A DNA stretch of 22,450 nucleotides, taken from Nitrososphaeraceae archaeon (GTDB taxonomy: Archaea > Thermoproteota > Nitrososphaeria > Nitrososphaerales > Nitrososphaeraceae). The notes beneath the pieces were generated by a model, which saw only the letters and a list, made by a program, of their open reading frames with translations, did no database searches and was not told the origin of the DNA. The stretch spans positions 1 through 22,450 of the forward strand of contig DATGZA010000002.1 of assembly GCA_035297365.1 (NCBI GenBank), read 5' to 3'. Of the stretch, positions 9,816-18,087 are shown in pieces; the stretch's first letter is position 1; every line of letters begins with the position of its first letter. The position numbers and the translations under genes were made by a program.

Positions 9816-9983
9816 TCAGCAATAAGGACAATAATACTGAGCATTATCTATAATGTAGCCTGATCCCATAAGGCTTAAAACATTCATTGGAAGGTCTGGC
9901 ATTGAAATTGAAAATGTTCCTACAGCTGAAAGTGACAATATTGTAAAAAGAATTACAATGGAAATTCCCAATAACGCGTTCAT
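9816..9983 (-). CDS. Small 55-aa hydrophobic (signal/TM) protein ending in CPYC
   Basis: Hand translation: MNALLGISIVILFTILSLSAVGTFSISMPDLPMNVLSLMGSGYIIDNAQYYCPYC*. ATG start, co-oriented between receptor 2 and S41, TTTATC about 28-33 bp upstream. Below the ORF-track length cut-off. Confidence 0.55.
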   Translation of the reverse strand: MNALLGISIVILFTILSLSAVGTFSISMPDLPMNVLSLMGSGYIIDNAQYYCPYC

Positions 9984-10064
9984 TTTAAGTTATATAATCT
10001 AATTGAGATAGATAAACATTCCTATAAATCTTAGAAAAAATGTTCCATAATAATCTTCTATTTA

Positions 10065-13000
10065 TTAGTTTTTTCTTGTTCCTAAATCTACATATGAGAT
10101 AATGTTAGATTCAAAGTCCGAAACATAAAGAGTATCTGAATTAATTGTTATAGAGCTATTATTTTTACTTGGCGAAAAACTACCCAACATTGCAATTTCC
10201 AAGGGCTGAATTTTAGGATTAGATTTAGTATAGTTACTTATAACGTAAATCGATTTACTACACTCATGACTAGCATAAACCTTATCATCGTAGAAGTATA
10301 AATCACTTGGACAAGGTTGCCCTAGATTTACCTCCTCATTTCCAATTTCTTGTCCAGATGTAGAATTAATGACTGTCAGTTTAGCTAAATCATCATAAGC
10401 TATAAAGATTTCTTTTCCATCTGGACTTATTACTACAATGCGTGGGAATTTGTCCACTTCTATTTTTTCTAATTCGCTGTCTTTGTTTCCATCAATGACA
10501 GACAAGGTGCCATTTCCATGATTGGCTACATATATTTTATTTGTCTCAGGATTTACAGCGACACTGATTGGATTTTTACCCACAATTAGGTTATTTGTTA
10601 CTGTATCGGTGTTTCCATCAATGACAGACAAGGTGCCATTTCCATGATTGGCTACATATATTTTGTTAGTTTTTGAATTAACAGATATCCCTTTAGGATA
10701 TTTACCTACTGGAATAGTTTCCTTAATTACCTTTTTGTTTTTACCATCAATTACCGATACAGAATCTGATCCGTAATTGCTCACGTAAATCTTAGAGGTT
10801 TTTGTATTGGCATCAAGATCAATGGGTTCTCTACCCACTTGGATATAATTTGACTGATTGTTAAAAGTTATAGTTTTCAAACTAACTATTCCACCGGCAC
10901 TACCTGAAGAAGAAATATACATGGAATTAGTTACATCGTTAATATCAAGATCATAAGGAGAAGATCCTACTTTTATAGTTCTTATTACTTTATCTGTGTT
11001 CGTATCAATAATAGATATAGAATTAGAAACTTTATTAGCTACATAGATTTGATTTTTTTCTTCGTCTATATTTATATGTGTAGGTTTGTTACCTACAATT
11101 ATCTCTTTTATTTTATTTTTTTTGCTGTCAAATACGGATACTACATCATTATCTGGCTGTGTTACATAGATCTTGCCATTTTTTGAATTAACCGCTATTC
11201 CTAGAGGATTTTGTCCTATATTTGTTATAGTATCCACTAGTTTATCAGTTTCTCCATTAATAATAGATATGGAATTAGAATTTCGATTAACAACGTATAC
11301 CTTGCCGCCGTTGGTATCAATGTATATATTAACAGGTTTATCACCCACTGGAACATTGGTCACTCTACTATAATCAGTTCGATCGATTATTGAAACCGTA
11401 TTGGACTCTGAATTTGCTGTATATATCTTGCCATTTTTTGAATTAACCGCTATTCCTAGAGGATTTTGTCCTATATTTGTTATAGTTTTTATTTGTTTGT
11501 CTGTTTCTCCATCAATTACTGACACAAAACCTCGACCTAGATGACTAACATATACTCTGTTCGTGTCTAGATCTAGAGCCACATCATAAGGATTAGCATA
11601 TGGAAGTTTTATAGTTTTAACTGTAGGATTAGGAGGAAAAATATTAAAAAGCTGAAATAGCCAACTCTCTTTACATTCTATAATTGATAAACTGCCTGGC
11701 ACATGATTGACTACGTATACCTTGTTAGTATTCGGATTTATTTCGATTCCAAAAGGCGTATCTTTAACGGGTATATTAATGTCATTCAAGACAGGACAAG
11801 AAACCTGGTAATATATACCAGATATGATTATAAGTCCCGCTACCGTTAACGAACTAAATATTGCTATATTTTTATATTTTCGTTTTATGTTGACGCTTTC
11901 AATACTCTTGTCAACATATTGCCAGAATATTTTTCCACCTTCTTTTCCATACAATAAATCTATCAATTCAAGAATAGCTGTTTTCGAATTGGAATCTATG
12001 TTTTTCTTTTTTTCTACAACTGATATTAGACCCCTAAAATTCCATTCTTTCCTATTGAGTACAATAGGTTTATCACTGTCGTCTAGGTACGCCTGAAATT
12101 TAACAAGCTCTTTACTTCCTTCTTCCTTGTTTCCTTGCAACATATATGAAACCAAAGTCAAGAATTGAAGGATAGCTTGCCTATCCGAAGCATTAGCGGG
12201 AGTCTCTTTAATTAGTTCCTTTGCCAGTTTTCTCCCTTCATTATATTTTCCTTTTTTGATCAATTCCTCCGCTAAAAATATTTTTGCCCTTGATTTTGTG
12301 ACAGTTTGTCCCTCTGTAGCAGTGGCTGCACTCTCTTTAATTAGTTCCTTTGCCAGTTTTCTCCCTTCATTATATTTTCCTTTCTTCATTAACCCCGCTA
12401 ATATTTTTGCTTTCGATTTAGATTTGGGATCAGACAGGTTTTGTATTAGCCTTTCTGTTATAGAAATTGCCTTGTCATGTTGAAAAATGTAATTTGCATA
12501 TAAAGATCTCAATTCAATTAGAGAATCTATATTTTTAGGATCCACTTCAAGAACTTCATTAAAGTATTTTTCTGCCTCTTTGTAGTTTTTTTCACCCCCT
12601 ATTTCTACTAATAATTGACCTTTCTTAATCTTAATATCCAAAATATTTGTAGGATTCATCTCAATGAGCTGATCACAAACATCTATTGCTTCCTTATAAC
12701 GTCCAGACTTTTTAAGAACCGATCCTTTGGCATATAATGCTTCAATATTTTTATCATCAATTTCTAGAACTTTGTCATAACATTCAATAGCCTCTTTTAA
12801 TTTATTGTCCAAGTCAAGTATTTTACCTTTATTTAACCAAGCAAAGAAATTTTTAGAATCTATACTAATTACTCTATCATAACATTGGAGAGCTTTTTTG
12901 TACTGCTCTTTTTTTTGGTAAGAGAAACCCATCTCATTCTTCTCATTGATTTCTTCAACATAATTCTCTGTAACTCGAAGATAGTATTCTTGTGCTTCTG

Positions 13001-13649
13001 AATAGTTTCCAATTTTTTCAAGAACTATACCCTTACCGTTAAGAGCTTCTACATTCTTAGGATCAATACCCAAGACTAAATCATAGGTTTTTAAAGCCTC
13101 ATCATGTTTACCAATTCTCCCAAGAGCTCTGCTTTTCGAATTTAATGCATCGATATTATTAGTGTTTTTTTTTATTACTCTATCATAACATTGAATAGCT
13201 TCCTCATATTTTCCTAATTGACTTAAAGATCTGCCTTTATTATACCAGGCATTGGTATTTTCTGGATCTTTTTCAATAACTCGTTCATAAGATTGAATGG
13301 CTTCAGTGAATTTTTTGAGATAATTCAAAGTATTCCCTTTGTTAGTCCACGCAAGAATATTATCAGGATCTTTTTCAATTGCTTTGTCAAAACAAACGAG
13401 AGCTTCATTATATTTTTCTAAGCCGACTAAGGCCAGACCCTTATTAAGCAAACTCTCTAGATCAGTTGGGTTTAATCGTAGAGCCTCACTAAAAGTCGAA
13501 AGTGATAAATCGAATAAATTCTTCTTTAAAAGACTTTTACCAAATTTACTCCAAGCATGATAATCTAAGGGATTACTTTTTACTAATTCTGCATCTCGTT
13601 TTAAAGTTTCGTCCCTAGCAACAATCTCATCGATAATAAATTCTTCCAT
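10065..13649 (-). CDS. TPR / single-TM / YVTN beta-propeller membrane protein (receptor 2), 1194 aa
   Basis: About 10 canonical TPRs (AWYNKGRSLSQLGKYEEAIQCYDRVI etc.), basic stretch KRKYK then TM IAIFSSLTVAGLIIISGIYY (~aa 595-614), and 13 countable YVTN-type blades (7+6). Starts 7 bp after the caspase-2 stop. Confidence 0.95.
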   Translation of the reverse strand: MEEFIIDEIVARDETLKRDAELVKSNPLDYHAWSKFGKSLLKKNLFDLSLSTFSEALRLNPTDLESLLNKGLALVGLEKYNEALVCFDKAIEKDPDNILAWTNKGNTLNYLKKFTEAIQSYERVIEKDPENTNAWYNKGRSLSQLGKYEEAIQCYDRVIKKNTNNIDALNSKSRALGRIGKHDEALKTYDLVLGIDPKNVEALNGKGIVLEKIGNYSEAQEYYLRVTENYVEEINEKNEMGFSYQKKEQYKKALQCYDRVISIDSKNFFAWLNKGKILDLDNKLKEAIECYDKVLEIDDKNIEALYAKGSVLKKSGRYKEAIDVCDQLIEMNPTNILDIKIKKGQLLVEIGGEKNYKEAEKYFNEVLEVDPKNIDSLIELRSLYANYIFQHDKAISITERLIQNLSDPKSKSKAKILAGLMKKGKYNEGRKLAKELIKESAATATEGQTVTKSRAKIFLAEELIKKGKYNEGRKLAKELIKETPANASDRQAILQFLTLVSYMLQGNKEEGSKELVKFQAYLDDSDKPIVLNRKEWNFRGLISVVEKKKNIDSNSKTAILELIDLLYGKEGGKIFWQYVDKSIESVNIKRKYKNIAIFSSLTVAGLIIISGIYYQVSCPVLNDINIPVKDTPFGIEINPNTNKVYVVNHVPGSLSIIECKESWLFQLFNIFPPNPTVKTIKLPYANPYDVALDLDTNRVYVSHLGRGFVSVIDGETDKQIKTITNIGQNPLGIAVNSKNGKIYTANSESNTVSIIDRTDYSRVTNVPVGDKPVNIYIDTNGGKVYVVNRNSNSISIINGETDKLVDTITNIGQNPLGIAVNSKNGKIYVTQPDNDVVSVFDSKKNKIKEIIVGNKPTHINIDEEKNQIYVANKVSNSISIIDTNTDKVIRTIKVGSSPYDLDINDVTNSMYISSSGSAGGIVSLKTITFNNQSNYIQVGREPIDLDANTKTSKIYVSNYGSDSVSVIDGKNKKVIKETIPVGKYPKGISVNSKTNKIYVANHGNGTLSVIDGNTDTVTNNLIVGKNPISVAVNPETNKIYVANHGNGTLSVIDGNKDSELEKIEVDKFPRIVVISPDGKEIFIAYDDLAKLTVINSTSGQEIGNEEVNLGQPCPSDLYFYDDKVYASHECSKSIYVISNYTKSNPKIQPLEIAMLGSFSPSKNNSSITINSDTLYVSDFESNIISYVDLGTRKN
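10484..10664. repeat. 55-bp perfect direct repeat (10484-10538, 10610-10664), spacing 126 bp = one 42-aa blade
   Basis: Identical DNA encoding KIYVANHGNGTLSVIDGN twice. Confidence 0.9.
11170..11486. repeat. 62-bp perfect direct repeat (11170-11231, 11425-11486), spacing 255 bp = two blades
   Basis: Identical DNA encoding TITNIGQNPLGIAVNSKNGKI twice. Confidence 0.9.
12203..12383. repeat. 52-bp perfect direct repeat (12203-12254, 12332-12383), spacing 129 bp = 43 aa
   Basis: Identical DNA encoding KGKYNEGRKLAKELIKE twice in the helical region before the TM. Confidence 0.9.
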
Positions 13650-13656
13650 TGACCCT

Positions 13657-15000
13657 TCACATCAAATCTTTCTTGTTTTTGATGTCACAAGCCGCTCGCA
13701 ATCGTCCTATAAAAGTTCCCAACCTTTCGTCTTCTGGCGATTGAAATATGTTATTTCTTTTAACCTCTGAAAACAAATGAATTAAAAGTAGACCACTAGA
13801 TGCATCTGATTTTAGCAATTTATCAAAGTTTAGCGATTGAACCGTTTCAACCAATTCCTCATAAAAATCCATTTTAATATTCTGATTTAATTTTGGTCGT
13901 ACTATTCTATAGTTATTACTTAGCCAGTTAATTGCTGGTTCTTTGTACATTCCCAATTCGTCATTAACAATAGCCTTTAAGTTATTTATCTCCCGGTTTC
14001 TATCATCTACTTTAATTAATTCCCCAATTTTTTTTGACGCGTCGTCTAATGCTTGTATATCTATTAGCTTAGTTATTGGATCTCTCTGTTCAAAATATTC
14101 CTTAGTACACTTTATTAGATCAGATATTTTGGCATTATGTATAGCAGGAGATGTTCCCAATTTTATATTTTCCAGTTTGTATGATCCCTGAGATATAGCA
14201 TAGAGAGGTTTTTGTCCTTTTTCTCGTTCCATCTCACTGGAAACATAATTTCTTAAACTGTATATGTTGATAATACCCGTGTCAGGATCTGCTGCTTTTC
14301 CATTCAATCCTTCGATCAAATGAAAAGAGAAATTTCCGTGGGGATGTGCTGGTTCATCTTTATTAACATGAACGAAATCCCTTTCTCTTGATACGGCATC
14401 AGGTTCACTAGATGCGAGGACAATTTTACCAGTTGCATAACTTTCTGGGGAATTTTCACCAGATTCACTAGAATTAATTAGGTCAGTAAGATTAGAGTTG
14501 TACAAATCTTTTTCTTTCTGATCATGGGTTAAGGAAGTCATAGATTTAGTTGCCTCTGTGGATATTCCCGCAAAGCAGCAGTCAAGAATCATCATCACAC
14601 TTGCATAGTTTTTAGAATTAAACATTGTATTTTTTATAGAGTCCATTTCTATTCCAGAAACGAAAGGATCTTCTGGATCCATGTCGTAGGGAGCAATATA
14701 TCCCTTTTTAGACATCTGTTCGTTGCAACCATGTCCAGAAAAATAAAACGTTACAAGATCACATTTGATATCTTTTCGAAATACATCACTAATTGCTTTT
14801 AAAATATTTTTTCTAGTCGCTTTCTTTCCCAATAAGAGATGATTATCTGATACTTGGAAATTACAATTTTTGATGAATGTTTCACAAACTTCTTTGGCAT
14901 CGTTCTCTGCTCCGCCTAATTGTGTAATTGAGCTGGATTCGTATTCATTTATGCCTATTACAATAGCTCTTCGATTCTCATTTTTCTCTTCATCACTCAA
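13657..15000 (-). CDS. Caspase-family (C14) protease 2, paralog of protease 1, with the same C-terminal unknown domain
   Basis: RRAIVIGINEY...LGGAENDA, FYFSGHG, MILDCCFAG, HPHGNFSFHLIEGLNGKAAD. TTG start preceded by purine-rich GTGAGGAAGG. Confidence 0.95.
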   Translation of the reverse strand: MSDEEKNENRRAIVIGINEYESSSITQLGGAENDAKEVCETFIKNCNFQVSDNHLLLGKKATRKNILKAISDVFRKDIKCDLVTFYFSGHGCNEQMSKKGYIAPYDMDPEDPFVSGIEMDSIKNTMFNSKNYASVMMILDCCFAGISTEATKSMTSLTHDQKEKDLYNSNLTDLINSSESGENSPESYATGKIVLASSEPDAVSRERDFVHVNKDEPAHPHGNFSFHLIEGLNGKAADPDTGIINIYSLRNYVSSEMEREKGQKPLYAISQGSYKLENIKLGTSPAIHNAKISDLIKCTKEYFEQRDPITKLIDIQALDDASKKIGELIKVDDRNREINNLKAIVNDELGMYKEPAINWLSNNYRIVRPKLNQNIKMDFYEELVETVQSLNFDKLLKSDASSGLLLIHLFSEVKRNNIFQSPEDERLGTFIGRLRAACDIKNKKDLM

Positions 15001-15057
15001 CTGTAAAGACCTTCCTCACGAAAATTTGAAGAAAAATTCTGCATTACATTATCAATA

Positions 15058-15105
15058 AGGTAGCTATCGTTAGGATCTGGCTCTGCCACGATAGATATCC
15101 TACCT
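15058..15105 (-). promoter_or_regulatory. Imperfect inverted repeat / possible RNA hairpin upstream of caspase 2
   Basis: Minus strand AGGTAG-GATAT-CTATCGT...ACGATAG-CTACCT forms a 13-bp stem with a 5-nt bulge and an inner GGC-AGA-GCC. Confidence 0.4.
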
Positions 15106-15711
15106 GATTTTTTATATCTCAAGTTTTTTATAGCAGAGATATCATAATATGGTATAATAAAATTTATTTTATTAAAAAAAATTGTAAGATAACTGCAATC
15201 TCCGAAAAAGATTTTATGAATATTCAAATGGTAGTTCTGGCAGTTGCGAATCATCTATTATTATAATCCTCATTATTCTTCTTTTTATAGTTATTTATCA
15301 TTTATTGTGTCTCAAGAATATCTGTTTTCAATATTTTGTTTTCAAATTCCTAAAACTGAGAGATAACACATAATCATAATTATTTTTATTCTCTTTTTTA
15401 GCCCTCTCTAGTTTCTAATACCATCTATATATTATCTTCTATAATTCTTAACCCAGTCAGCATCATGTGATAATTGATACGAACGTTTCTTGCTATCTAT
15501 ATTTTTGTGTAACAGTACTTTCTTCTTTTGCTTTGCCTAATGGTCTAAATAGTAAGATGAAAATATAATATGTTCAAAATCTTCTCTTTTGTAATTTTGA
15601 ATATCTAACGATTGGTTAAAATTTTCATTTTCATATATTTGACTATTGGACTTGAATTCTCTTCTAAACATAATAGAAAGAAGGTTTTTTAGTAATTAAA
15701 TTAAATATCAA

Positions 15712-16104
15712 ATGAAATTGGGTAATAATTCAAGAATAATGGTGGTTGATGATGATGTAGATTTAGATGAAATTTACCGGCTAATTCTCGAAGATAATGG
15801 GTTTAATGTAGAGACTTTTAATAATCCCTTTGAGGCGTTGGAGTGCTTTAGACAAAAACCAGAAAACACATTTGATCTAATGTTGATAGACATGGTCATG
15901 CCTGGAATGAATGGTGCTGAGTTATACAGGGAGATGATGAATTCTAATAAAAAAATGCCGAACGTTTGTTTTATTACAGGACATCCAACATACTACGATG
16001 TTCTTAAAGATTCGTTTCCAGAAATTAAAGTAAGATGTTTTATTAGGAAACCGGTTGATAAGAACGAGCTAATAATACATGTTAAACAGGAAATAAACAA
16101 ATGA
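15712..16104 (+). CDS. Single-domain response regulator (REC/CheY-like)
   Basis: IMVVDDD acidic pocket, LMLIDMVMPGMNG phospho-acceptor Asp, FITG, IRKP; no output domain. Confidence 0.93.
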   Translation: MKLGNNSRIMVVDDDVDLDEIYRLILEDNGFNVETFNNPFEALECFRQKPENTFDLMLIDMVMPGMNGAELYREMMNSNKKMPNVCFITGHPTYYDVLKDSFPEIKVRCFIRKPVDKNELIIHVKQEINK

Positions 16105-16446
16105 TAGTAATCGTAATTTGGTTGTATTTACTAAGTTTTAATTTAAAGTTCTAAAGTTGTGTTAAATAAAAATCATATTGACTTGTAATTAGTTTTTCTA
16201 CTTCCAAAATATCATTAAATAATTAATTATCTCAGATTTAGATTTTTAAACAGTAGTTTAGATAATTTCAGTATCGTCTTCTTATTAATAAAATTAGTAA
16301 AAATAAGATCGTACTGCAGACTATCTCAAATACTATATGAATTAATACATGATTTGATAAACAAACTTTTTCTAGATATAGCAAGTTGCTGATAGAGAAA
16401 GGATAGATATTATTAGATCTAAATTTTAGACATTTTAATCATCCAT

Positions 16447-16464
16447 TTTTTCGGCGCCGAAAAA
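16447..16464. repeat. Perfect 18-bp palindrome TTTTTCGGCGCCGAAAAA
   Basis: Read directly; 8-bp pure-GC core in a very AT-rich intergenic stretch. Confidence 0.85.
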
Positions 16465-16719
16465 TTTAAAATCGATTTATAATATTTCAATCATTATCAT
16501 AATTATTTTTTTTGTTCATTTGGAAACCTTTGACTTCTAAAGGTATTTATGTAAATTCAGTAACTAGAGTTAAAAATTATCAAATTTATGACAGAAGAGA
16601 TATTGAATAGGCTGGAGATGTTTACCGGATCCAAACAGTAGACTATACGATATACAACCAAGAAAAGTAACAAAAGAGATATAATAGAAATAATGGCTTT
16701 AGCTACAACAAATGGATTG

Positions 16720-17275
16720 CATGTAACCGTATTGGATTCAGGTTGAGATTCCACACAGAAATATCTACGTACAACGACCTTACACAGGATATTGAAAGAG
16801 ATTGGTTAAACATCCTAAATGTAACATCAGAAATAGAAAATAGAAAGGGATTGCGATGAAAATCTAACCAGATAATACATATCGATATTTAGGACATTTT
16901 ACCTTCAAAATCCGATCTAAAAATCTATGTTATCAATACCTAAGATGTTTAATCAGCAAATATAGCAAATACATATTGTCTGAACAGATAGAGGAGTGTA
17001 GACGTACCTCCGCATCTGAAGGCTACATAGTAGAAGATATGGCTACCTAGCAAGGCAACTCATGATAAATGTAAACATTTCATCAACATGTTAAGCTTTT
17101 TATGACAAAGTACAAGAAAACAGATAAATCATTTCTAAATGGATAAACACAACTACAAGCAAAGTTTCAGACATACAACAAGATAGTGATGATTGAATTT
17201 CTTGTGGTAAAAGAAATTTCCAATACATATTATATAAAGAGATAATATTCTGTTTGTAAAATATATAATAAAGAA
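16720..17275 (+). pseudogene. Heavily decayed IS6-like (DDE, IS240-type) transposase remnant
   Basis: Ordered fragments across frameshifts and stops: HVTV...*DSTQKY, NQIIHIDI, QYLRCLISKYSKYILS/TDRG, HQH..FYDK, DD*ISCGKRN, LFV/IYNKE. They parallel, from memory, HVSIWNWIQKY...KQIL.IDIS...LI.KYGKH.VSTDGG.WY...HIHSSYEK...DDYFPCRK...LFV..HN of this family. By-eye match. Confidence 0.5.
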
Positions 17276-17433
17276 AGAGAACATAGTGGCATCTTTGGTC
17301 ACACATCGTCTGAAATGTTTCTCGTGAAAGGATGATTAAATAGTTATAAGAATAACAAAATACTTCAAATAAAAAGGATTACCCAGGTTGGATAATTGGA
17401 TCTGTTACCTGTCTATCAATGTACAGCAGTTAT

Positions 17434-17452
17434 GTAAAAGATCTTTATATAG
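17434..17452 (+). promoter_or_regulatory. Putative BRE/TATA promoter of the transthyretin-like/GMC pair
   Basis: GTAAAAGATC-TTTATATAG; TATA 17444-17451 lies 22-29 bp upstream of in-frame GTG 17473. Confidence 0.5.
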
Positions 17453-17472
17453 TTGTATTTTATAATTATTTT

Positions 17473-18087
17473 GTGAATATTTTTTCAGTTCAAGGAAAAA
17501 TAATCAGTCAAACAATCACTTCTTTTAATGGCTTAAAAATTCAGGTAATGGACGATGATCAACAATGGTTCGAAGATCGCAATGACGATCTATTGGGATC
17601 GAGCTGGGTAAACCATGACGGTTCTTTTGAAATTAGTTTTGACGATTCGTCTTTTAAGGATACCTGGGTGGAAATGGAACCAAGAATATATCTGATAATA
17701 AGAAATAAAGATGGACAGATAATACACAGAACTACCCAATATAAAATTCAAATAGATGATAAAAGAGAGACAACTATTAAAATACCTATAACGGTTACTA
17801 TTGATTCCCTAAAAAAGAAACCAGAATTAATAACAGATATAGATCCATATGCAAACAATAATAATAGAATTTTGTCAGCGTTTTCTTCTTTAAATGATGT
17901 TTATACAATAAACAACAGTGATTTTGTTAGAAATTTTACACTTTTGAATAATTCTATTAATGCATGGTTAGTATATGCCCAAGAATTTTCTTGGAAAAGG
18001 ATTGGATATGATGGTCCGCAGGTTCCAAGATATCCGCGAAAACAGCCAGATCATAAACATACTTTATCATGGGAGAAAATGGCATGA
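17473..18087 (+). CDS. Transthyretin-like beta-sandwich protein with a C-terminal W..IGYDGP tail, probable GMC accessory subunit
   Basis: VQGKI...GLKIQVMDDD...DDLLGSSWVNHDGSFEISFD...EPRIYLII pattern; TGA overlaps the GMC ATG (ATGA). GTG 17473 preferred over the track's 17419 because of the TATA position. Confidence 0.65.
   Translation: MNIFSVQGKIISQTITSFNGLKIQVMDDDQQWFEDRNDDLLGSSWVNHDGSFEISFDDSSFKDTWVEMEPRIYLIIRNKDGQIIHRTTQYKIQIDDKRETTIKIPITVTIDSLKKKPELITDIDPYANNNNRILSAFSSLNDVYTINNSDFVRNFTLLNNSINAWLVYAQEFSWKRIGYDGPQVPRYPRKQPDHKHTLSWEKMA

Noticed and set aside
10484-12383. Direct repeats as a CRISPR array or DGR template/variable repeats
   Set aside because: Only pairs, in-frame within a protein repeat, perfectly identical with no adenine-specific mismatches; no cas or reverse transcriptase gene in the window.
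5071-15000. Both caspase ORFs being exactly 447 aa in the track
   Set aside because: Depends on choosing TTG 6414 for caspase 1, and the alignment has internal indels, so the identity of length is coincidental.
7774-15058. Short + strand ORFs inside S41, receptor 2 and caspase 2
   Set aside because: Antisense to well-supported genes.
14997-15254. 85-aa minus-strand ORF overlapping the caspase-2 start
   Set aside because: Composition looks like translated intergenic DNA and there is no counterpart of similar sequence before caspase 1; cannot be fully excluded.
16557-17306. Minus-strand ORFs 16557..16754 and 17100..17306 with hydrophobic stretches
   Set aside because: Hydrophobicity arises from T-rich antisense of the A-rich + strand IS relic.
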